DNA of 18,084 nucleotides from Candidatus Heimdallarchaeota archaeon (GCA_046761065.1 JBHIFL010000081.1:1-18084); one strand, 5' to 3'. Positions 1-7,767 are shown, counted from the first letter of the stretch. Numbers and translations: made by a program. The notes: generated from the sequence alone by a model not told the origin.

Positions 1-152
1 AGGGTCAAGGAGTGGGCTACCCCTCTGCCCTCCACAAGAAACTTTATACTCCCAAAAAATAACTTCAAAACTATTTTCTTTAAAACTGTATCAAGTATTA
101 AAATATTAGTAATATTTTTTTTCGAAATTCTGTGTGTTATAGGAAATTGTAG

Positions 153-280
153 GGAAAAAGAATTGGACGTGTTAATAGGAAAACAATTGGGAAGGGACAA
201 CCAAGCTTAGTTAAAAACATTTAATGGAGGAATTTGAAAAAATCGTTAGAGATCGAAAAGAAGGAATTCCAATTGATTAG
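153..280 (+). pseudogene. ilvE: Degraded 3' fragment of a branched-chain amino acid aminotransferase (class IV PLP enzyme)
   Basis: Manual translation: 153-221 gives GKRIGRVNRKTIGKGQPSLVK and the shifted frame 215-280 gives KHLMEEFEKIVRDRKEGIPID*. Joined by a 1-nt indel in the A-run at 213-217, this resembles the IlvE C-terminus (VxxxxIGxGxPGxxTxxLxxxFxxxV). No N-terminal part is present upstream. Confidence 0.6.
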
Positions 281-335
281 TTGGCGTAATCCAAAAATAA
301 TCTGCAATATGTTTTTTGAATAGATTTGTCCTTAC

Positions 336-1100
336 CTAACGCAAAAGTCCATTAACATCAATTTCTCTGAGGGTTCGCAATTCCTCCTCTAAAGGTGGTT
401 GGGTTTCTGGAACATGATCTGGAACAACAAGGTTAAATCCTGTTTTTTCTTGGATTTCCTCAATCGTTTTACCAGGATGGACAGATTTCAAGCGCATTCT
501 CAACGTTTGTGGATCGAAATCAAGGGTGGCAATGTCGGTTACAACCAAGCTTGGCCCCCCTCCAGGAAAATTGGCTTTCTCCCACTCTTCTCGTCCGCGG
601 AGAAAGCCAATTCCTGAGCGAAAGTCAAGGGTTTCCACAAAGAGACGAGGCGAATGGGACGTTGTATAAATATAAAATCGCTTTGCCCGGGGGAGGAAGA
701 CAAGACCAATGGTACCGGGTCCTCTAAACTTGGGACGCTTCCAATCCCCAACACCTACGAGGTTGAGGTTACCATACGGATCACATTGGATGCCCCCAGC
801 AAAAAAGAAATCAATACGTCGGTTTTCTATGGCAGAAACATCTTCCAACCGTAAGTACGCATCAGCTCTGTGACTGGCTCGATAACTTGAACTACTTGCT
901 ATGAGCGAACCCCGAGGATTAACACAACCACTTCCGCCTGAGATCCAATTCATATTCGGGGCATGCATCTTTTGAGCCAACTGGCAGGCGGCCATGGGAA
1001 TCGCTGCTGACGCCCCGAGGATGCCCAACTCTCCGTCTTGGATGTCTCGCGCAAAAACAACTGCGATTAGTTCCTGAATTGAATAATCTTCTTTAGCCAT
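336..1100 (-). CDS. Family I CoA-transferase-like beta subunit (GctB/IpdB-like); canonical catalytic Glu apparently absent
   Basis: 254 aa. N-terminus DYSIQELIAVVFARDIQDGE, then HAPN, FFFAGGIQCDPYGNLN, HSPRLFVETLDF, GGGPSLVVTDIA, LKSVHPG..QEKTGF and ETQPP..EELRTLREID, all typical of GctB/CatJ/IpdB. SD GGGGTGA upstream; 4 nt gap from the alpha subunit. Confidence 0.9.
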   Translation of the reverse strand: MAKEDYSIQELIAVVFARDIQDGELGILGASAAIPMAACQLAQKMHAPNMNWISGGSGCVNPRGSLIASSSSYRASHRADAYLRLEDVSAIENRRIDFFFAGGIQCDPYGNLNLVGVGDWKRPKFRGPGTIGLVFLPRAKRFYIYTTSHSPRLFVETLDFRSGIGFLRGREEWEKANFPGGGPSLVVTDIATLDFDPQTLRMRLKSVHPGKTIEEIQEKTGFNLVVPDHVPETQPPLEEELRTLREIDVNGLLR

Positions 1101-1104
1101 CTCA

Positions 1105-1998
1105 TCACCCCTTATACTTGAGAGTATTGAGGTGGTTTAAGCCTCCCACTTCGGTAAGATACTCATAGTGATCTTTAGGGTTGTAGACGTACTTTTCAAG
1201 ATAGGTTGTAAAGGTTTCTGCTTTCCTTGCAGCTAAGGCGTACTTCTTAAAATGCTCAACATCATAATCATAAAGAAATGAAGAGGAGCATGGATGGGCG
1301 GCATAAGGGAGCTTCACAACATGACTCACTAAAAACCCAGGAATCACCATCTGCATGGCATCAGTTTCGTCCTTCTCTTCAATTAACTCGTCACACGTTA
1401 AGATCACTCGCTTGCTTGCCAGTGCCATCACATCATCGACACAGATCGGACCTAGAGGCTGTCCATTCCCATTTGCATCAGCATGTTGGACGTGAAGTAT
1501 GGCAACATCCGGTTTCAGTGGAGGGACTGTGAATACATCAGGCCCCCCATATGGATCTTTTATACGCCGATATCCTTGAGGATTGGCTTTTGGGAGGTCG
1601 GTGTATTCATAACCATATGGTAACGGGATAAATGCGAGATTATTAGCTCCTGCTCGGAGTCCAAAACTTGTGTAGAGTTCACAACATTCCACAATTTCGA
1701 CCTGCCCGTTTTCCACTGCTCGACGATAATTGGGAGCGAGACCAAAAATTTCTAGACTAACGAAAGGGCAGGTAATAGAACGTACAATGCCTGGAACTCC
1801 GCATAACATATCAATTTGTATGCCTAGGGAGATTGAGCCAATCACTGCAAGATCACGTTTTTTTTGGCGGATCAACTCACGAATGGCAACACATGAAGAG
1901 TTGTGCATATGAATACCACCAATCGCGATCGTTGAGCCATTTGGAATGCTATGCACTGCTTCTTCGATAGAACTGAGTTTCGATGACCTTGAAGGCAT
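1105..1998 (-). CDS. Family I CoA-transferase-like alpha subunit (GctA/IpdA-like)
   Basis: 297 aa. Motifs KLSSIEEAV..IPNGSTIAIGG, GLAPNYRRAVENG, LRAGA..LAFIP, PLKPDVAILHVQHADANGN, ASKRVILTCDELI and PYAAHP. SD AAGGAGG upstream. Confidence 0.9.
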   Translation of the reverse strand: MPSRSSKLSSIEEAVHSIPNGSTIAIGGIHMHNSSCVAIRELIRQKKRDLAVIGSISLGIQIDMLCGVPGIVRSITCPFVSLEIFGLAPNYRRAVENGQVEIVECCELYTSFGLRAGANNLAFIPLPYGYEYTDLPKANPQGYRRIKDPYGGPDVFTVPPLKPDVAILHVQHADANGNGQPLGPICVDDVMALASKRVILTCDELIEEKDETDAMQMVIPGFLVSHVVKLPYAAHPCSSSFLYDYDVEHFKKYALAARKAETFTTYLEKYVYNPKDHYEYLTEVGGLNHLNTLKYKG

Positions 1999-2001
1999 CT
2001 A

Positions 2002-2409
2002 TTAGCCTCCTTTAAGGGGTTCAATTACATAGACAGGAGTCTCTCCAACATAATCGAAGGTGATTTTACAGCGCATGCCCAGCGAAATTTCGTCTCTGGT
2101 ACAATTCCGCATTCTGGCAAAAATAAGAGGTCCTTCTCCATCCAGCCGAATACAACCTACAAAATACGGAGGTTTAAATTCCTTTAGCGCAACACCTATC
2201 TCTGTATATGTCTCTAAAACCCCTTCTTTTTTCAATTCAATCCATTCTAAATCGGTATCATAGCACTTCGGACACATATGTCGCGGGGGCCAAAGGGTTT
2301 CATTACATCTCAGGCATCTTGTTGTTGTCAGTTTATGGTTTTTCAAATTCTCCCAAAACTGGTGAATCTTTGTTTTTTCCGTCCAAAGATAGAAAGGGAA
2401 TTTTTCCAT
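2002..2409 (-). CDS. DUF35-family Zn-ribbon/OB-fold protein (acyl-CoA-binding thiolase partner)
   Basis: 135 aa. FWENL..HKL, CLRC..LWPPR.MCPKC zinc ribbon, EGVLETYT, PPYFVGCIRL and ISLGMRC; lies directly downstream of the thiolase. Confidence 0.92.
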   Translation of the reverse strand: MEKFPFYLWTEKTKIHQFWENLKNHKLTTTRCLRCNETLWPPRHMCPKCYDTDLEWIELKKEGVLETYTEIGVALKEFKPPYFVGCIRLDGEGPLIFARMRNCTRDEISLGMRCKITFDYVGETPVYVIEPLKGG

Positions 2410-2429
2410 AATCGACCCACTCCAAATAT

Positions 2430-3593
2430 CTAAACAGAATAGATGTGCACCACATGGTGTGTTGCAAAGCCCGAGAGGTTTTGGGTCAACCCAACCTCCG
2501 CTCCTTCCACCTGTCGCTTGTCGGCTTCCCCACGAAGTTGCTTGACAACATCTACTGCTTGAGTAACTCCCGTGGCGCCGATCGGATGGCCTTTCGATAT
2601 TAGGCCACCGCTGGTGTTGAGTGGAATTGTTCCCCCCAAGTCGGTCTGACCTTCTTCAATCATCTTTCCCCCTTCTCCTTTTTTACAGAATCCGAGTTCT
2701 TCCGTCTCAATGATTTCAGAAATAGAAAAACAATCATGGACTTCAGCCACATCAATATCGTGTGGAGTTTTACTTGCCATTTTATAAGCAGTTTCCGCGG
2801 CTTTCCGAAGTGCATCCCACTCTATCAAATTATGCATATTTGAGGAGATCATAGCTGGTTCAAGAGATTGACCCGAGCCTAAAATCCATACGGGTGTGTC
2901 AGAATACTTTTTTGCAAGATCAGCACGCGTAAGGATAACAGCTGCTGCACCATCACTAATCCCTGAACAGTCTAATAATCCAAGTGGATACGCAATCATT
3001 CGAGCATTTAAGACATCTTCAAGGGTGACTGGGTTTCGATAATGCGCATATTCATTAAGTGATCCAAATTTCTTGCTCTTAACGCCCACCAACGCCATTT
3101 GTTCTCGGGTCGTGCCGTATTTTTTCATGTGGAGTTGCGCCATTAAAGCGAACCCAGCCGGAGCGGTCATGCCTTGACTTGATTCCCATGTTACATCCGG
3201 TACAATACATAAATTGCGAAATGCAATCCCAGGCATTTCATTCATCTTTTCTGCACCGACACAAAGAACAGTGTCAACCATTCCTGCCTTGATGGCAATC
3301 ATAGCATGTCGAATCGCCGTGCCTCCACTGCTACAGGCCATTTCAATCCGTGAAACGAGCTTCGGATAAAGTCCAAGGTACTCTGTGGCCAAATTTGCGA
3401 CATGCGCCTGATCAACAAGCGGCTCCGGTTGGGCAGAGGCTACATATAGTCCTTCAATGTCGTGCGGTGCAAGTTCCCCAGAATCCAAGAAAGCATTTCT
3501 CACCGCATCACCCAACAATTCTCGATAGGAGACATCCTCCCTTTTACCGAATTTAGTCAAGCCTATGGCAACGATGGCAACGTCTGAAGGCAT
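2430..3593 (-). CDS. Acetyl-CoA C-acyltransferase (archaeal/SCP2-type thiolase)
   Basis: 387 aa. VAIVAIGLTKFG, active-site MACSSG, VGAEKM, DCSGISDGAAA, AEVHDCF, NTSGGLISKGHPIGATG and QNLSG (no second Cys, as in SCP2-type thiolases). SD AGGTGA. Confidence 0.95.
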   Translation of the reverse strand: MPSDVAIVAIGLTKFGKREDVSYRELLGDAVRNAFLDSGELAPHDIEGLYVASAQPEPLVDQAHVANLATEYLGLYPKLVSRIEMACSSGGTAIRHAMIAIKAGMVDTVLCVGAEKMNEMPGIAFRNLCIVPDVTWESSQGMTAPAGFALMAQLHMKKYGTTREQMALVGVKSKKFGSLNEYAHYRNPVTLEDVLNARMIAYPLGLLDCSGISDGAAAVILTRADLAKKYSDTPVWILGSGQSLEPAMISSNMHNLIEWDALRKAAETAYKMASKTPHDIDVAEVHDCFSISEIIETEELGFCKKGEGGKMIEEGQTDLGGTIPLNTSGGLISKGHPIGATGVTQAVDVVKQLRGEADKRQVEGAEVGLTQNLSGFATHHVVHIYSV

Positions 3594-3620
3594 TTCATCA
3601 CCTAAACCAACTGATGAAAT
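3592..3620. promoter_or_regulatory. 9-bp perfect inverted repeat overlapping the thiolase SD and start codon
   Basis: ATTTCATCA (3592-3600) / TGATGAAAT (3612-3620) with an 11-nt spacer. Confidence 0.45.
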
Positions 3621-3667
3621 ATCACAAGGCCTTTAATCTGTTTTGTTTGATCATCTGTTAAAAACAC

Positions 3668-3733
3668 CTAGAAAGCTCTTTCAAATCTTCCTTGGTTTTA
3701 GTTATTGATAAAAGCTTTCTAGAGTTGATCAAC
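3668..3733. promoter_or_regulatory. Inverted repeat and palindrome upstream of the thiolase operon (candidate operator)
   Basis: CTAGAAAGCT (3668-3677) / AGCTTTCTAG (3713-3722), followed by the palindrome GTTGATCAAC (3724-3733). Confidence 0.4.
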
Positions 3734-4025
3734 AAGATCACTATGGATTTTTCTTCTAGGATTGATAATAAATTTATATAGATTCCTAGATAAAAGAGTA
3801 ATCAAGTATCCACAACGTAAACGGATCGATATTCTTCTTTTCTTCTATTAAAAGGGTAATCTGAAGATCCTCAAGATACAGGATTTGCACATCTTTTATT
3901 TTCTTTAAAAGGTCTTTTTTCTTAAAAAACTCGCTTACTGCAATTTATAACAGCTCATTTGGTCCCCAAAGGACTTTGGCGAGAGTTTCTGTATAAATAT
4001 TTGAAAAAATAAGAAAGAAAGATGA

Positions 4026-4502
4026 TCAGGCTTCTTGAATGCTTTTTAAACAGGTACGTAACATTTTTGTCAAAACATCAAGCTTTTCGGAACGCTTTTT
4101 CTTTTCAACTTTTAGAGAGTTTACAAAGTTGTTTTTATTTGGGTTTTCTCCAACGATTATGGGTACTGAATCAAGTGCAGTCAGCGTCTCCTCGAGTTTT
4201 AGCACCTCACGCTGTATCTCAAGTAAGTTACCCAACTGTTCTAAGTGTTTCAGCACTAGTCGTGAAACCTTTGTTGGTACATACTTCGTGTTGCGTCCCC
4301 CGCCTTTTTTGGCCAACAGACCCGTCTCCAACAACGCTTCAAGGTGTTTTTGGAGACCAGCACGAGAAATCTCCAGATCTGTCGCAATGTTAACAGGCTT
4401 TTTTTTCTTCAATAATTTTAAGAACATCTCGATCCGGTTTTTAGAACCGAATGCTTTGCACAACTTTGTTACATTCACAATTTGTCCATCTAGTTCTGAC
4501 AT
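4026..4502 (-). CDS. ArsR-like winged helix-turn-helix transcriptional regulator with a helical/coiled-coil C-terminus
   Basis: 158 aa. KAFGSKNRIEMFLKL..IATDLEISRAGLQKHLEALLETGLL..GRNTKY matches the ArsR/HTH_20 pattern. SD AGGTGA. Confidence 0.85.
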   Translation of the reverse strand: MSELDGQIVNVTKLCKAFGSKNRIEMFLKLLKKKKPVNIATDLEISRAGLQKHLEALLETGLLAKKGGGRNTKYVPTKVSRLVLKHLEQLGNLLEIQREVLKLEETLTALDSVPIIVGENPNKNNFVNSLKVEKKKRSEKLDVLTKMLRTCLKSIQEA

Positions 4503-4952
4503 TCTATCATCTCACCTTTTCTCAGACTAACTGGTTTTTAAAAATCAAATAGGATATATCACTTAGATCAATTCTTTAGTTTTTATCGAATTCTTGAAAT
4601 ATTTACATATTTTTTTACTTTTTTATTATTCCATAAGTATAATATTTTTTTTATTTATGTTCTAAACGAAATTTGCAAATTATTAAATCAAATTTTGATT
4701 TTGAAGTGAATATTAATTTTTGTTTTAGATCAATTGTTAGATTTAACAAATTTTATTTTTTTATTAAAAATTTGTATAATTAACAATTTTTACAATAAGT
4801 CAAAATTGATTTTAATGAAGGAAGAACAAATAAGAAACTAGGAGGGATTTCAGCCGGTAAATAACAAAAGAACCCCTAGGTGCTTTGACAATGGAAATAA
4901 CATGTATTTTTCATCTAACGGTCTTTACTGTGTATTACTATTGTATTGACAT

Positions 4953-4972
4953 ATAGTTTACCATAGTTTACC
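4953..4972. repeat. 10-bp tandem duplication
   Basis: ATAGTTTACC x2 just downstream of the acetoacetate-CoA ligase stop. Confidence 0.6.
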
Positions 4973-4982
4973 CTTCAGATCC

Positions 4983-6959
4983 TTATATCCCTTGACGGAG
5001 GTCTGAAAGTATTTTTTCGAAGTAATCCAGCGATTCTGGATTAATTAATGCATCTCTATTGGTGATAGGCTTGCCATGAATTAAGTTAGTGACAGCAATT
5101 TCTACCTTTTTCATACTAAATGTGTAAGGAATATCCGGTGTTTCGAGAATTAATGCGGGTACATGTCTAGGAGATGCCTGTTCGCGTAGAATTCTTCTTA
5201 TCTTATTTTTTAATTCCTCTGTTAAATTATATTTCGGTACAAGTTTGACGAAGAGAATTATCCGTTGATCTCCCTTCCAATTCTGTCCAATTGCCAACGA
5301 ATCTGCAATTTCAGGTAAGGATTCTACGACTTCATAGATTTCGGCTGTACCGATACGTACGCCAGAAGGCTTTAAAACGGCATCGGAACGACCATAGAAT
5401 GTAATTCCACCTGTATCGCTATGAATGACGATGTAGTCACCATGCCGCCAGACATTTTTTCCTATAGGCTGATAGAAATTAAAATACGCCTCTTTATACT
5501 TCTCATTATTTGGATCATTCCAGAAGTACAAAGGCATCGAAGGAGATGGAGCTTCGCAAACGAGTTCGGCTTTTTGATCAACTATGGGATTCCCTTGTTC
5601 ATCATACGCCTTCACCTTCATTCCTAAGGCTAAAGCTTGTAATTCGCCGGCATAAACAGGAAGGAAGGGGCTTCCAATAGCAAAACAACCGTTGATGTCA
5701 GTTCCTCCAGAAATTGAGTTGAAATGTAAATCCGCTTTAATATTTTTATAAACCCATTCAAACCCTTCTGCCGAAAGGGGCGAGGCCGTTTGCGAAATTT
5801 GACGTAACGAGGATAAATCGTACGTCTTGCCCGGTGTAGCACCTATACTGCTTAGATAATAGATATAACTTGCACTGCAGCCAAAGATTGTAATTTTTTT
5901 ATCTTGAACTAATCGGAACATGGTTCCCCAATCAGGGTACAGGGGATTGCCATCGTAGAGCACAATTGTAGTTCCTACCGCTAAAGAACTTATTAGCCAA
6001 TTCCACATCATCCAGCTCGGCGCGGTTATATATGTAATTCTGTCATCTCGTTTTAAATCGGTATGGAGGATCAGTTCCTTTAAGTGGTTTAGAAGGACAC
6101 CTCCGGCACCTTGGACCATGCACTTGGGCTTCCCAGTTGTTCCGCTTGAAAACATAATATAGGCAGGATGATCGAATGGCAATTGTTCAAATTGAAGTGA
6201 TGGCTGCTTTTCTGCTGACAAAAATTCCTCATAATGAATAGCATTAGGAATATTGCTGATATTTGCTTTTTCTGATGCATATGACACTACAATTACTTTT
6301 TCCAACGAGGATATGCCTTTCACAACTTGTTTGGTATTTGGTAATGTGTGAAACGTCTTGTCTTTATAGAAGTAGCCATCCGCTGTAAAAAGAACTTTCG
6401 GTTCAATTTGACCAAAACGATCTAGTACAGCTGATGGTCCAAGCTCAGCACCACAAGAAGCCCAAGTGGCACCAATGCTAGTAGCCGCAAGCATCGCAAT
6501 AACCGTCTCTATGAGATTGGGCATGTACGCGACTACTCGATCTCCAGGATCTACCCCATTCTCACGCAGTGATTTGGAAAGCCAAGCCACTTGATTGTAT
6601 AACTCTGTATAGGTCATCTTTGTGGCCTTTTTTGTTTCTCCTTGAAAAATAAACGCGATGTAGTCATCTCTATATCTTAAGAGATTCTCAGCGAAATTCA
6701 ATCTAGCGCCAGGAAACCATTTTGCGCCAGGAAACCGGTTTAAGTCGTCTACTACCTTATCATAATTATGGGAAGCTTTGATACCAACAAAGTACCATAA
6801 AGCCGCCCAAAAATCCGGTATTTTTTCAATTGACCACTGATATAGTTGTGAATAAGAGTTAATTTGCAGATCATATTTTTTATTGACGAAATTGATAAAG
6901 CGATTCATATTGGTTTGTTTTATTAATTCTTGAGAAGGCTTCCAGAGCAATTTGCCCAT
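4983..6959 (-). CDS. aacS: Acetoacetate--CoA ligase (acetoacetyl-CoA synthetase)
   Basis: 658 aa. LLWKPS, WFPGARLNFAENLL, FSSGTTGKPKC P-loop, WMMWNWL, SISGGTDI, SMPLYFWNDP, VWRHGD, GRSDAVLKPSGVRIGTAEIY, SPRHVP and KKVE are diagnostic of the AACS subfamily of ANL enzymes. Confidence 0.95.
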   Translation of the reverse strand: MGKLLWKPSQELIKQTNMNRFINFVNKKYDLQINSYSQLYQWSIEKIPDFWAALWYFVGIKASHNYDKVVDDLNRFPGAKWFPGARLNFAENLLRYRDDYIAFIFQGETKKATKMTYTELYNQVAWLSKSLRENGVDPGDRVVAYMPNLIETVIAMLAATSIGATWASCGAELGPSAVLDRFGQIEPKVLFTADGYFYKDKTFHTLPNTKQVVKGISSLEKVIVVSYASEKANISNIPNAIHYEEFLSAEKQPSLQFEQLPFDHPAYIMFSSGTTGKPKCMVQGAGGVLLNHLKELILHTDLKRDDRITYITAPSWMMWNWLISSLAVGTTIVLYDGNPLYPDWGTMFRLVQDKKITIFGCSASYIYYLSSIGATPGKTYDLSSLRQISQTASPLSAEGFEWVYKNIKADLHFNSISGGTDINGCFAIGSPFLPVYAGELQALALGMKVKAYDEQGNPIVDQKAELVCEAPSPSMPLYFWNDPNNEKYKEAYFNFYQPIGKNVWRHGDYIVIHSDTGGITFYGRSDAVLKPSGVRIGTAEIYEVVESLPEIADSLAIGQNWKGDQRIILFVKLVPKYNLTEELKNKIRRILREQASPRHVPALILETPDIPYTFSMKKVEIAVTNLIHGKPITNRDALINPESLDYFEKILSDLRQGI

Positions 6960-7020
6960 TGATTTGCCCCCATTAAGGTTTTGATAACATCATATTTATT
7001 TTAAGATCTGATACATCCCC

Positions 7021-7200
7021 CTACACAGACGCATATCCATTGAGTTTCTGTAAATACGAACTAATATGTAAAGTTCTGATAATATGCAAATTGGCGTTAC
7101 CTATTTTTACATAGTAATACGTTGGATTAAAATTCAGCATCCAACTGTTATATTCAGTTTCACTCTCAGTAAAAAATTTAGTTAGTAAGCACCTTTTCAT
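7021..7200 (-). CDS. Possible small hypothetical protein (59 aa); doubtful
   Basis: ATG at 7200 preceded by AAGGAG about 14 nt upstream, co-oriented with aacS; no recognisable motif. Confidence 0.2.
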   Translation of the reverse strand: MKRCLLTKFFTESETEYNSWMLNFNPTYYYVKIGNANLHIIRTLHISSYLQKLNGYASV

Positions 7201-7386
7201 TGTATGATTTTTCTCTCCTTTTATAAGCCTATCATGTTTTATCAAAAACACCTTTTCTTATGATATATTCAAAAATCTTACTGATAATTATCCTTAGTGC
7301 ATTTTTAAAAGCTTTCCTACCGTTTTCTCACATTATAAAGAAGATGTAGGAAAAAGATCCGAATAAATTCTCTAAATAACCAAATT

Positions 7387-7399
7387 AGAAACTTTTTTA
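7387..7399 (+). promoter_or_regulatory. Putative BRE/TATA promoter of the 7462 gene
   Basis: AGAAAC-TTTTTTA, i.e. a purine-rich BRE followed by a T-rich TATA element, about 63 nt upstream of the start. Confidence 0.45.
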
Positions 7400-7461
7400 T
7401 TGGATGAGAAGCCATCTCTCTTTTGTAGCCGCATAATTGCCATTAGATAGGGGGTACCCCA

Positions 7462-7767
7462 TTGCTTTGTTTTGAGTTTCGTAATCGTGAATTTGTCGAA
7501 GTAAGTGGAACACCTTCAAGCGACATCTATCTGTTAGTAAACCGTGAAAGCGAATCTCTTGAATTACACTTTAGTACAGGAGCAAATCTTATTGAATGTC
7601 GTACTGCTGAACGCCAAGCACGTTCTATCGCAGCCTCGGGAGTTCAACTTGTCACTGGAGAAAGAATTGGTAGAGGGTTCAATCTCACAGTTAATTCAGA
7701 TGGAACTGGTCTTCCTGAACGCTTGAAAAAACCCGTTCCAGAGGCCTATTTCCAGAAAATGTATTGA
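7462..7767 (+). CDS. Small protein with a putative single gelsolin-like domain
   Basis: 101 aa, TTG start with SD GGGGGT. The pattern LCFEF-FVEV-SSDIYLLVN-LELHFSTGANLIECRTAERQARSIA-GRGFNLTV-DGTGLPERL parallels the gelsolin repeat (SxDxFILD..IYVWxGxxSsxxERxxAxxxAxxI..GxxxVxV.xGxEP). It has its own promoter and a T-tract terminator. Confidence 0.7.
   Translation: MLCFEFRNREFVEVSGTPSSDIYLLVNRESESLELHFSTGANLIECRTAERQARSIAASGVQLVTGERIGRGFNLTVNSDGTGLPERLKKPVPEAYFQKMY

Noticed and set aside
399-3556. Short ORFs overlapping the thiolase-DUF35-CoA-transferase operon
   Set aside because: Fully contained within well-supported genes, in antisense or alternative frames.
4022-4530. + strand ORFs 4022-4393 (123 aa) and 4039-4530 (163 aa)
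   Set aside because: Antisense shadows of the wHTH regulator; Ser/Phe-rich with no motifs.
5421-6280. Short ORFs inside aacS
   Set aside because: Alternative-frame artefacts.
6949-6974. Near-duplicated TTTGCCC(CC)ATT at the aacS start
   Set aside because: Short; explained by the G-rich SD plus the first codons, and the upstream ATG is out of frame.
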